A stretch of DNA of 64,000 nt from Simkaniaceae bacterium (GTDB taxonomy: Bacteria > Chlamydiota > Chlamydiia > Chlamydiales > JACRBE01): assembly GCA_022763045.1 (NCBI GenBank), contig JALEGI010000009.1, forward strand, positions 5,576 through 69,575, given 5' to 3'. Of the stretch, positions 20,645-29,336 are shown piece by piece. The notes below the pieces were generated by a model. It did no database searches, was not told the DNA's origin, and was given only the letters and a program-made list of their open reading frames with translations. The position numbers were made by a program, and so were the translations under genes. How positions within the stretch are numbered: position 1 is the stretch's first letter; every line of letters begins with the position of its first letter.

Positions 20645-21628
20645 GTGAACTTTCCCAAAATTTTTATTATTTCTACATTAGTAATATTTTCAGGTATTAC
20701 ACTAGCTGCGATTGCTAAAAAGGGTAAAAAACAGGAGGCTATTGCGCCTGCTCCTGTAGCCAAAGCAGCGATTCCGACGCCTAAGCCGATTCCTAAGCCA
20801 ATTGTCGTTGAAGCGCCTAAACCTGAGAAAAAACCGGTATGTCATCTTAAATTGATCAAAGATGACTCGATTGAAATGGTTGATCGTATTAATGATTTTT
20901 TTAAAATCGGTCGCAACAAGCTACCTATTGTTGAGACAGTCACCTATACAAGTCGCGTACCATGGCTCAAAGGGCGCCCTGCTTGGATTGCTGATTATGC
21001 ATCACACTTTAAGACCTCACGCCACTTTATCGCTCGCAGCTTAAACAAAAAGGTCGACTACTTCACGCAAAAGGTCGCACCAGGCGATAAGTTTAACGTC
21101 TTTCGCTCTGATATTGATTTCTCTTTTTATCTACTTGCTGACCTCGCTCGTTTAAAGATGTGGTTTTACTACGTTGATAATGCGACAGGTGACAAAGAGC
21201 TTTTAAAGGTATACAACATTGGGGTTGGAACTTTAGATAGTTCCATGCCCTCGGGTTCACTTACACCAACAGGTCGCTTCTCTCTTGGAGATAAAATTGC
21301 AACCTATAAACCTGGTGTGAAGAGCTATTTTCAAAATGAGCGCATCGAAATGATCACTGTCTTTGGAACTCGTTGGATTCCATTTGCAAGTGATGAGGGC
21401 GATGAGTTCGATTATGGAACAGGATTTGGAATTCATGGAGCGCCTTGCTACGTCGATGAAGAGACGGGTGATGTGCGTGAGCATGAGGGATTCATTGGAG
21501 TGCATAACAGCGATGGTTGCGTGCGCATGTCTAAAAATGACATGGAAGAGCTTTATGCGATCGTTGTAACGCGACCCACAATCCTTGAAATCACTCAAGA
21601 TTCTGCTCCACTTAGGGAGGCACAATAA
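20645..21628 (+). CDS. L,D-transpeptidase (YkuD domain), membrane anchored
   Basis: GTG start with a GGAG SD. N-terminal TM segment and a Pro/Ala/Lys-rich linker. YkuD active-site region FGIHGAP...HNSDGCVRMS. Confidence 0.8.
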   Translation: MNFPKIFIISTLVIFSGITLAAIAKKGKKQEAIAPAPVAKAAIPTPKPIPKPIVVEAPKPEKKPVCHLKLIKDDSIEMVDRINDFFKIGRNKLPIVETVTYTSRVPWLKGRPAWIADYASHFKTSRHFIARSLNKKVDYFTQKVAPGDKFNVFRSDIDFSFYLLADLARLKMWFYYVDNATGDKELLKVYNIGVGTLDSSMPSGSLTPTGRFSLGDKIATYKPGVKSYFQNERIEMITVFGTRWIPFASDEGDEFDYGTGFGIHGAPCYVDEETGDVREHEGFIGVHNSDGCVRMSKNDMEELYAIVVTRPTILEITQDSAPLREAQ

Positions 21629-21630
21629 AC

Positions 21631-22563
21631 ATGTTAGAACATGAAAAACCGATCTACGATTGTGAAAAGGCATTGACAAAGCTCAAAGAGCAAAATGGAT
21701 CGGCCGATAGTGAAATCTCCGAGATGGAGAGCACACTTGAAGATCTCAAATCAAAAATCTACAGCTCACTGACAGCGTGGCAGAGAGTTTTGATTTCAAG
21801 ACACCCAGAAAGGCCGCAAACGAGCGATTATATCTCGGGTCTTTGTGATTCATTTGAAGAGCTCTTTGGTGATCGCCTCTACCGAGACGATGCAGCAATT
21901 ATTGGCGGTCTTGGAGTGATTGGTGGTGAAAAATTTGTCATTATCGGACAGGAAAAGGGGAGCGATACCGATCAGAGACTCAAGCGTAATTTCGGCATGG
22001 TGCATCCTGAGGGGTACAACAAAGCGCTTCGCTTAATGAAGCTCGCTGAAAAATTCAATCTTCCCGTTTTGACGCTTGTTGACACTCCTGGCGCCTACCC
22101 TGGGTTAGAGGCAGAAGAGCGCGGACAGGGATTTGCCATTGCGCGCAATCTAATGGAAATGGCAAAGCTAAAAACGCCCATTGTCGTTATGATTATTGGA
22201 GAGGGGTGCTCGGGTGGAGCCCTTGGAATCGGAGTTGGCGATAAGGTTGGAATGCTTGAGCACTCTTACTACTCTGTGATCTCTCCTGAGGGGTGCGCTT
22301 CGATTCTGTGGAAAGATCCAGCACGCAAAGAAGAGGCAGCAAAAACGCTGCGCATGCATGCAGAGGATCTACTTGAGTTTGAAGTAATCGATGGGATTGT
22401 CAGGGAGCCACAGGGGGGCGCTCACAAGAATCACCAGGCGATCTTCAATTCAGTAAAGAATTATGTTCTCGAGCAATATGAAAGTCTCAAGACTCAAAAT
22501 CTTGATGATCTTTTGGAAAACCGCTACGCGCGCTTCCGCAAACTCGGGACATTCTCTGAATAA
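21631..22563 (+). CDS. accA: Acetyl-CoA carboxylase carboxyltransferase alpha subunit
   Basis: Contains ...DTPGAYPGLEAEERGQGFAIA...; 310 aa. Starts 2 nt after the L,D-transpeptidase stop. Confidence 0.93.
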   Translation: MLEHEKPIYDCEKALTKLKEQNGSADSEISEMESTLEDLKSKIYSSLTAWQRVLISRHPERPQTSDYISGLCDSFEELFGDRLYRDDAAIIGGLGVIGGEKFVIIGQEKGSDTDQRLKRNFGMVHPEGYNKALRLMKLAEKFNLPVLTLVDTPGAYPGLEAEERGQGFAIARNLMEMAKLKTPIVVMIIGEGCSGGALGIGVGDKVGMLEHSYYSVISPEGCASILWKDPARKEEAAKTLRMHAEDLLEFEVIDGIVREPQGGAHKNHQAIFNSVKNYVLEQYESLKTQNLDDLLENRYARFRKLGTFSE

Positions 22564-22576
22564 ATGGGCGACTGAA

Positions 22577-22611
22577 ATATCCTTCATCTAGTATACTGCC
22601 CTGAAGGATAT
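22577..22611 (+). promoter_or_regulatory. 10-bp perfect hairpin occluding the SD-like element and start codon of the ABC exporter gene
   Basis: ATATCCTTCA (22577-22586) pairs with TGAAGGATAT (22602-22611) across a 15-nt loop. The 3' arm contains GAAGGA and the first two bases of ATG 22610. Confidence 0.4.
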
Positions 22612-24541
22612 GAAATTACTACTGAAAGCCGCCTTTCGCGTCAAACGACATCTTAGTCTCGTTTTTGCAACGCTCATTACTCTAGTCTTACTCACTGTAG
22701 CCAACCAATGCGAAATGATCACACTTGGCGTTATTTCTAACACGGGCGCCGACTTCTTCTCTCTTTTTCGCACTGAAACAACCGATACTCCATTTGACCA
22801 ACGTGAGGTATCACTTAGTGAGGTCCAAAAGATTTGGCCAGAAATTTCAGGTAGCGCAGAGCGGCCCATTACAAAGCAAGATACAGTCCGCTTTTTGGCA
22901 AAAAACGATAGCAATTTTCTCTCACGCATCTTGCAAAAGTTCCGAAAAGAGCTCAATCTGAGTGGTAGCAATCTTGAGACGATTTTAACGATGCTAATCT
23001 TGGTTGCGATATTTAAGGCAATTTTTCTCTTTGCCTCACGCTATACAACTCAGCTTCTTGCAATTCGCGTAAGCACAGATTTGCGTCAGCAGTATTTTGA
23101 GCACATCCAGAAGCTCCCAATGAGCTTTTATCACAAATATAATATTGGCTCGCTCTCTTCTCGTGTTGCAGGTGACGCCTCTCAGATCTCTCTGTCGATT
23201 AATTCGCTGATCACAAACTATGTCCACACCCCTTTCACTTTGGTGACCTCTCTTGTAGTCTGCTTTTATATCTCATGGCAGCTCTCGTTGGTGATCTTTT
23301 TTGGTCTGCCCTCGATTGTTTTCCCTGTGATTTTCCTCACGCGTAAGGTGAAGCGTATCACGCGTCAGTTTTTGAAAAATCAAGAGCGCTTTACTTCGGT
23401 TTTAATCGACTATTTGGCTGGGATCCAAACGGTGAAGATCTTCTCAATGGAGAAGTTTTCGCTCAAAAAGTATAAAGAGCAAAACGATCAGATGGCCTAT
23501 CTGCAGCAAAAAACGGCTAAGTACGATTTGCTGGTGCGGCCAATTTTACACACGATTACGACGTTTTGCTTAGCTGCTGTTGTCATTTTCGGTCTCTATT
23601 TCCTCAACATTAGCGTTCCCGAGCTCATCGTCTTTTGTGGCTTTTTGCACATGTTCTACGAGCCCGTTAAGAAGTTTGCCGAGGAAAATACCAATATTCA
23701 AAAGGGTGTAGTTGCCGCTGAGCGCCTTTTTGAGGTGATGCGCCTCGAGCCCCACTTCACGGATAAAGATGGCGCCTCTGTTTTGACCGAGTTTACCTCC
23801 AAGATTGAATTCGATCACGTCTGGTTTAAGTATGAAGATGAATGGGTCTTAAAGGATGTAAGCTTCACGATTGAAAAGGGACAAACAGTCGGGATTGTTG
23901 GGGCAACTGGTGCTGGTAAATCGACAATTTTACAGCTTTTACCGAGGCTCTATGAGGTGCAGAGGGGCTCAATCCTTGTTGATGGAATTGCTCTTGGAGA
24001 GATCACTCAACAGTCACTTAGGGAACAAATCTCATTTGTCTCGCAAAAACCCTTTCTTTTCTACGATACGGTAGCCTCTAATATCGCCTATGGCAAGCCC
24101 TACTCGCGGGAGGAGATTATCAACGCAGCAAAGCGTGGTCACGCCCACGAGTTTATCGTCGATTTGCCTGACCAATACGATACGCATCTGGCAGAAATGG
24201 GGCAGACGCTCTCTGGTGGCCAGCAGCAGCGTCTAGCAATTTCACGCGCCCTGGTTAAAAAAGCTCCTATTTTAATCCTAGACGAGGCGACCTCAGCTCT
24301 CGACTCAATCAGCGAAGACCATATTCGTCGAGCTATTCAAGAGCTGCACGGAGAGATCACACAGATCATTGTCGCCCACCGCCTCTCAACGATTGAGCAT
24401 GCCGATAAAATCATCTTTATCCAAGATGGGGAGAAAGTGGCTGAAGGGACAAAAGATGAGCTTTTAGCGAGCTGTCCTCAGTTCAAATTAATGTGGGAAT
24501 TTCACTTTAATCCGAATGCTCAAACTCCGATAACAGTGTAA
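22610..24541 (+). CDS. ABC transporter, fused permease/ATPase (MsbA-like exporter)
   Basis: Six-TM exporter domain. Walker A GATGAGKST, signature LSGGQQQRLAISRAL, Walker B ILILDEATSALD. Unusually long loop between TM1 and TM2. Confidence 0.9.
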   Translation: MKLLLKAAFRVKRHLSLVFATLITLVLLTVANQCEMITLGVISNTGADFFSLFRTETTDTPFDQREVSLSEVQKIWPEISGSAERPITKQDTVRFLAKNDSNFLSRILQKFRKELNLSGSNLETILTMLILVAIFKAIFLFASRYTTQLLAIRVSTDLRQQYFEHIQKLPMSFYHKYNIGSLSSRVAGDASQISLSINSLITNYVHTPFTLVTSLVVCFYISWQLSLVIFFGLPSIVFPVIFLTRKVKRITRQFLKNQERFTSVLIDYLAGIQTVKIFSMEKFSLKKYKEQNDQMAYLQQKTAKYDLLVRPILHTITTFCLAAVVIFGLYFLNISVPELIVFCGFLHMFYEPVKKFAEENTNIQKGVVAAERLFEVMRLEPHFTDKDGASVLTEFTSKIEFDHVWFKYEDEWVLKDVSFTIEKGQTVGIVGATGAGKSTILQLLPRLYEVQRGSILVDGIALGEITQQSLREQISFVSQKPFLFYDTVASNIAYGKPYSREEIINAAKRGHAHEFIVDLPDQYDTHLAEMGQTLSGGQQQRLAISRALVKKAPILILDEATSALDSISEDHIRRAIQELHGEITQIIVAHRLSTIEHADKIIFIQDGEKVAEGTKDELLASCPQFKLMWEFHFNPNAQTPITV

Positions 24542-24609
24542 AAATTCCAGAGTAGAGGGTGAGCTCTAAGCAGGCGCTGCCAATTTCTGAGAGGATATAT
24601 CCTGATAAA

Positions 24610-24788
24610 CACTTTTCCCCACCCCTCAACCAGCTGAAAATTTTACAACCAATTGAGCTTGCTCCAAGCGATAGACTCAGAGGTGTGGGGGTCAGCCACA
24701 TAAGGGCCGTAGCAATGGTTATAGGAGTAGGATCGATGACCTCTCTTTGTGGCTCTCTAGCGGGTTGCTGCGATTGTGGGGGGATGTG
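24610..24788 (+). other. Orphan structured locus: candidate sRNA or tiny-peptide mRNA (unassigned)
   Basis: A long-range helix pairs 24610-24636 with 24758-24788, and an inner helix pairs 24694-24706 with 24743-24754. The G-U pairs work only on the + strand. The locus lies in a GC-balanced spacer between convergent genes. See findings. Confidence 0.3.
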
Positions 24789-24798
24789 AATGCTTACT

Positions 24799-25512
24799 TC
24801 ATGATGGAGTGGTCTGCACACTTTTTAATAGTCCTAGTTCGCTCAGTGTCGTTTTTAGATCGTCGTTTTCAGGTTTATCAAGTGCGCCACTCTTGGCAAG
24901 CCAAGCGAGGTAGGTGGGTGGGACTTTTTCAAGGGGGACGCCTCGGTGTTTGCCGAAAGGCATCTGTCGCATCTTCTTCCCCTTTTCATTGAGAAGTTTA
25001 TAGACCATTTCCATGGGAAGGTCGTCGATCATCATAGTGAATAGTTGGCTCATAATGATGACGTCATCTAAGGCTCGGTGTGCATTGTTCTCTTCGAGTC
25101 CATAGACTTGTCTCAGGTATTGTAGGGCGTGTCTTGGAAGATCGGGTCGATATTTGCGTGCCCATTTCAAGGTGTCGATATATTTGTATTCAGGAAGCTC
25201 TACTCCAGCGCGTGCAAATTCTGCTTCGAGGAATTTTTTATCGAAGTTATCGTTGTTGTGCGCAATCAAAACGCTGTCGCCTTCACAGAATTCGACCATT
25301 TGCTCAGCAGCCTCTTTAAACTTAGGCTTGCCGGCAACCATCTCGTCTGTGATACCAGTTATCTGACTCGATTCAAGGGGGATAGGCATTTCTGGATCAA
25401 TGAGCATACTTAAAGTTTTGTCGCGCTCTTTATCGAAAAGCGCAATTTCAATGATGCGATCTTTGTCGGGACGAATTCCCGTCGTCTCTGTGTCGTAGTA
25501 GATTGGGCGCAT
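24799..25512 (-). CDS. DnaQ-like 3'-5' exonuclease (DNA pol III epsilon family) with DUF3820-like C-terminal domain
   Basis: Exo motifs YYDTETTG, AHNNDNFDKKFL and HRALDDV. C-terminal region MPFGKHRGVPLEKVPPTYLAWL. Confidence 0.85.
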   Translation of the reverse strand: MRPIYYDTETTGIRPDKDRIIEIALFDKERDKTLSMLIDPEMPIPLESSQITGITDEMVAGKPKFKEAAEQMVEFCEGDSVLIAHNNDNFDKKFLEAEFARAGVELPEYKYIDTLKWARKYRPDLPRHALQYLRQVYGLEENNAHRALDDVIIMSQLFTMMIDDLPMEMVYKLLNEKGKKMRQMPFGKHRGVPLEKVPPTYLAWLAKSGALDKPENDDLKTTLSELGLLKSVQTTPS

Positions 25513-25670
25513 AAAACCTTGAATATTATGTCTAAATCTTACACTCTTCTACCATTATATCAAAGTAATTCTTGTGATGAGAACAAGGTAGAAGTTTTAG
25601 TTAGTTAAATTAATCGGTTGTTTTAATTTTATTTTTCAACTAATGTGAGAGAAAACTATCAGATAATGTC

Positions 25671-26690
25671 ATGAAAAGACGCGAAAGAAAGAAAGTACAA
25701 TACAATTACACAGAGTGCAATCCCCAAGAGGTTCTTAAAGCTATTGGTAAAGAGGGGGTTACTGATCAGCTCAAGCAGATGATGCTCTTGAGACACTTTG
25801 AAATGCGCGCGGAATCGGGTTATCAACACGGTAAGATCGGCGGTTTCTTTCACTCGTATATGGGACAAGAGGCGATTCAAACGGGCGCGACGTGTGCACT
25901 TGGACTGGAAAATAATTGGTGGATCACGACGTATCGTTGTCACGCGCTCGCTCTGTTGTGTGGCTGCACTCCAAAAGAGGCAATGGCAGAGCTTTACGGC
26001 AAAAAGAGCGGTTGCGCTCAGGGTCGTGGGGGATCGATGCACCTTTACGCAGATCGCATGCTTGGTGGTTTTGGCATTGTTGGCGGGCATACACCTATTG
26101 CTGCTGGTGCAGCTTTTTCAATCGCCTATCAAAAGAAAAAGGGCGTTGCTGTCTGTTTTCTAGGAGATGGTGCAGTGGCTCAAGGGGCTTTTCATGAAGC
26201 ACTTAACCTCGCCTCGCTTTGGGACCTGCCTGTGATTTATGTCATTGAAAACAATCAATGGGGCATGGGAACAGGCGTTGAGCGCGCGATTTGCGCGCAA
26301 CCTATTGGCGAAAAGCTTGCTGGCAGTTATGATATGAAGGGCTATAGTGTCAATGGAATGGATTTTGCAGCGTGCTATAACCTCTTTTCGGAGCTTGGTA
26401 AAGATACTTCTCGTCCAGTGCTTGTTGAGGCGATTACAGAGCGTTTTAGGGGTCATGCTGTTTCTGATCCGGCTGTCTATCGGTCGCGCGAGGAGCTCGA
26501 ATCGATTAAAACTCGCGATCCAATTTTAGGTCTAAAGCATCAAATGCTTGAAAATGGCATGCTCACTGGAGAGGAGTTCGATCGATTCAATGAAGAGCAG
26601 AAAGAAATTGTTGTAGAAGCTGTTAAATTTGCAGATGAGAGTCCATGGCCCGATCCTGAAGAGCTTGAAGAAGGAGTATATGCGCCATGA
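25671..26690 (+). CDS. pdhA: Pyruvate dehydrogenase E1 alpha subunit
   Basis: TPP-binding region GDGAVAQGAFHEALNLASLWDLPVIYVIENNQWGMGT. Followed by the E1 beta and E2 genes. Confidence 0.93.
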   Translation: MKRRERKKVQYNYTECNPQEVLKAIGKEGVTDQLKQMMLLRHFEMRAESGYQHGKIGGFFHSYMGQEAIQTGATCALGLENNWWITTYRCHALALLCGCTPKEAMAELYGKKSGCAQGRGGSMHLYADRMLGGFGIVGGHTPIAAGAAFSIAYQKKKGVAVCFLGDGAVAQGAFHEALNLASLWDLPVIYVIENNQWGMGTGVERAICAQPIGEKLAGSYDMKGYSVNGMDFAACYNLFSELGKDTSRPVLVEAITERFRGHAVSDPAVYRSREELESIKTRDPILGLKHQMLENGMLTGEEFDRFNEEQKEIVVEAVKFADESPWPDPEELEEGVYAP

Positions 26691-27661
26691 GAGAGATTGA
26701 AATTCGCGATGCCCTGCGAGAGGCAATTGATGAAGAGCTAGAGCGTGATCCAAATGTCTTGCTCATGGGTGAAGAGGTGGCTGAGTACAATGGCGCCTAT
26801 AAAATTTCAAAGGGACTTTGGGAGAAGTGGGGCGGCGATCGCGTCATTGACACACCCATTGCTGAAAATGGATTTACTGGAATTGCTATCGGCGCTGCGA
26901 TGACAGGTCTGCGTCCAATTGTCGAGTACATGAGCTTTAACTTCAGCTTTGTTGCTGCCGATCAGCTGATTTCAAATGCGTGTAAGATGTATTACATGTC
27001 AGGTGGACGCTTTTCTGTACCAATTGTCTTCAGGGGGTGTAATGGTGCAGCGGCACAGGTCTCATCACAGCATTCACACTGCGTTGAATCTCTTTACGGA
27101 AACCTTCCTGGTTTTATCATTATGGCCCCATCGAATGCCTACGATGCAAAGGGGCTGTTGAAAACAGCAATTCGCGATAATAATCCTGTTCTCTTTTTGG
27201 AAAATGAGCTCGACTACAATCTCAAAGGTGAAGTACCTGAAGAGGAGTATTTAGTCCCTGCTGGTAAGGGAAAAATCGTTAAAGAAGGGGCGCAACTTAC
27301 AGTCATTTCATATTCGCGCACCCTTCGCTTTTGTTTAGAGGCGGCAAATGAGCTTGCAAAGAGTGGTTATTCGATTGAAGTGATTGATCTGCGTACAGTA
27401 AAGCCACTTGATATTGGACTGATTGTGAACTCTGTACGCAAGACAAACCGCTGCCTGGTTGTTGAAGAGGGGCATCTCTATGCAGGGATTGGGTCAGAAG
27501 TGGGCTTTCAAGTAATGGAGCACTGCTTTGATTACCTAGATGCACCTGTACACAGACTTTGTCAAAAAGAGACTCCCATGCCCTACTCCAAAGTGCTAGA
27601 GGCAGAAACCCTACCTAATACTGGCCGCATCATTGAGGCGATGAAACAGACACTAACCTAA
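26687..27661 (+). CDS. pdhB: Pyruvate dehydrogenase E1 beta subunit
   Basis: 324 aa, a typical E1-beta (transketolase-like pyrimidine-binding and C-terminal domains). ATGA overlap with pdhA. Confidence 0.93.
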   Translation: MREIEIRDALREAIDEELERDPNVLLMGEEVAEYNGAYKISKGLWEKWGGDRVIDTPIAENGFTGIAIGAAMTGLRPIVEYMSFNFSFVAADQLISNACKMYYMSGGRFSVPIVFRGCNGAAAQVSSQHSHCVESLYGNLPGFIIMAPSNAYDAKGLLKTAIRDNNPVLFLENELDYNLKGEVPEEEYLVPAGKGKIVKEGAQLTVISYSRTLRFCLEAANELAKSGYSIEVIDLRTVKPLDIGLIVNSVRKTNRCLVVEEGHLYAGIGSEVGFQVMEHCFDYLDAPVHRLCQKETPMPYSKVLEAETLPNTGRIIEAMKQTLT

Positions 27662-27670
27662 GGAAGAGCA

Positions 27671-28966
27671 ATGCCATTTACTGTCACAATGCCGAAATTA
27701 TCACCTACTATGGAAGAGGGCGTGATCGCCAAATGGCACGTCAAAGAGGGTGATCAGATTAAAGATGGCGACCTTTTGATGGAAGTTGCAACAGACAAAG
27801 CAACTGTCGAATATAATGCCCTTGATGGGGGCTATCTACGTAAAATTCTCGTCCCGGAGGGGTCATCAGCCTCTGTAAATCAGCCTATTGCTATTTTTTC
27901 CGAGAGCGCTGATGAAAATATTGATGATTTCACTCCACAAGAAGAGAAACCTACTGAAGAGGCCGGGGGAGAAGAGGTGGCAGAGCAGCCAAAAGCGGCA
28001 GCCGCCCCTTCTCAGCCAACTTCAGGTGGGCTGGCACAACCCGCGTTTCAACCTCCACCTCCTCTTGAATCTCACACTTTCGAATGGCCAGCAGAGCCGC
28101 CAAGTCAGCGCGTCATGGCATCACCGGTAGCAAAGAACCTAGCTAAAGAGCAGGGAGTTGATCTCACAACTGTTAAAGGTTCAGGGCCTGGTGGTCGCAT
28201 TGTTAAGGCTGATGTGGAAAAAGCGCAAGCTGGTGGGTATGTTGCCTTTGGCTCACGCGAAGTGCCAAAAGAGGTTGCTGGAAGCTTTGAGTCAGTCGAG
28301 CTCTCACCAATGCGCAAAGCTATTGGTCAGCGCCTACAAGAGTCTAAGACATTTATTCCCCATTTCTACGTCTCTCAAGAGGTCGATGCCGGGCCGATGT
28401 TTGAGCTGCGCGCGCAGCTTAAAGAGGGGGGGATTAAACTCACCTTTAATGATTTTGTCATGCGAGCCACAGCGCTTGCTTTGCGCAAATACCCTGATGT
28501 CAATGCAGGTTTTAATACAGTAGATAACACCATCACGCACTATAAAACAGTCGATATTTCTGTCGCTGTGACAATTGATGGGGGGTTAATCACCCCAATT
28601 GTTCGCTGGGCAGACTATAAAAATATTGCAGAGCTTTCAAAAGAGGTCAAAGAGCTTGCAACCCTGGCTAAAAAGGGAAAGCTTCAGCCCGAGCAGTACC
28701 AAGGGGGATCATTTACCCTCTCAAACCTTGGGATGTATGGAGTTTCTGAGTTTATTGCTGTGATTAACCCCCCTCAAGCTGCCATATTGGCAGTTGGTGG
28801 CATTCTAGATAAGCCTGTTGTTGATAATGGAGTGGTAATCCCTGGAAAAGTGATGAAAATCACCCTTGCGGCAGATCATCGCGTTGTCGATGGCGCTCTA
28901 GGGGCAGAATTCACGCGAGAAGTTAAGAAGCTGCTAGAGAATCCCTCGATTCTTCTCATAAATTAA
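27671..28966 (+). CDS. pdhC: Dihydrolipoamide acetyltransferase (E2)
   Basis: Lipoyl-lysine motif MEVATDKATVE, an Ala/Pro-rich linker, a subunit-binding domain, and the catalytic motif DHRVVDGA. Confidence 0.93.
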   Translation: MPFTVTMPKLSPTMEEGVIAKWHVKEGDQIKDGDLLMEVATDKATVEYNALDGGYLRKILVPEGSSASVNQPIAIFSESADENIDDFTPQEEKPTEEAGGEEVAEQPKAAAAPSQPTSGGLAQPAFQPPPPLESHTFEWPAEPPSQRVMASPVAKNLAKEQGVDLTTVKGSGPGGRIVKADVEKAQAGGYVAFGSREVPKEVAGSFESVELSPMRKAIGQRLQESKTFIPHFYVSQEVDAGPMFELRAQLKEGGIKLTFNDFVMRATALALRKYPDVNAGFNTVDNTITHYKTVDISVAVTIDGGLITPIVRWADYKNIAELSKEVKELATLAKKGKLQPEQYQGGSFTLSNLGMYGVSEFIAVINPPQAAILAVGGILDKPVVDNGVVIPGKVMKITLAADHRVVDGALGAEFTREVKKLLENPSILLIN

Positions 28967-29322
28967 CCAACAGGTTCATAATAGGTCACTATTATTGTGT
29001 GTAGTGCATGAGGAACATAGTCTGCAGCTACTTCTACTTCTTCGAGTATTCGATAAGGTGTTGTGAAGCCAAAATCAATGTCTGCTTCACCTACATCTAG
29101 GTTTCGCAGCTTTTCTCTAAGAGCTGAGGCTAAAGCTTTGCGCTCTGAACATTTTGGAGGGATATCACCTGATGTTGAAATAAGAGGAGCGTCTCCTTCA
29201 AGGGCAAATAGTGCATTGGTTGCTATGTCTTTAATTGCCTTGTTTCGTGGATACTTAGCTGTGACTTCAATGCTTGAATAATTAAACCTAAATACACAGC
29301 AGCATTCTATATGACTTGTCAT
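28963..29322 (-). CDS. Hypothetical small protein, paralogue 1 of a tandem pair (N-terminal Cys triplet)
   Basis: Alignable along its length with the upstream neighbour: KAIKDIATNALFALE vs KSAKDLAQMALNIFE, and ALREKLRNLD vs QLREKIRNHD. Both end in -VG. I prefer ATG 29322 (MTSHIECCC...). Confidence 0.6.
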   Translation of the reverse strand: MTSHIECCCVFRFNYSSIEVTAKYPRNKAIKDIATNALFALEGDAPLISTSGDIPPKCSERKALASALREKLRNLDVGEADIDFGFTTPYRILEEVEVAADYVPHALHTIIVTYYEPVG

Positions 29323-29336
29323 CAATAAATTCTCTT

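Noticed and set aside
22588-22971. 127-aa minus-strand ORF overlapping the ABC exporter 5' end
   Set aside because: It is nested antisense to TM1 and the loop of the exporter. It has no SD and its composition is not protein-like.
24542-24798. Could the structured spacer be a known housekeeping RNA (tmRNA, RNase P RNA, SRP/4.5S RNA, 6S RNA) or a retron msr-msd?
   Set aside because: I see no tmRNA ends (GGGG...CCACCA with a T-arm), no RNase P P4 consensus (GAGGAAAGUCC / ACAGAAA), and no SRP domain IV motif (GGAA tetraloop with AGCA). The 179-nt closed domain has about the length of a 6S RNA, but the unpaired region is almost entirely on the 5' side (about 57 nt against 3 nt), unlike the 6S central bubble. 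No reverse transcriptase gene is nearby, which argues against a retron. It is kept as an unassigned candidate.
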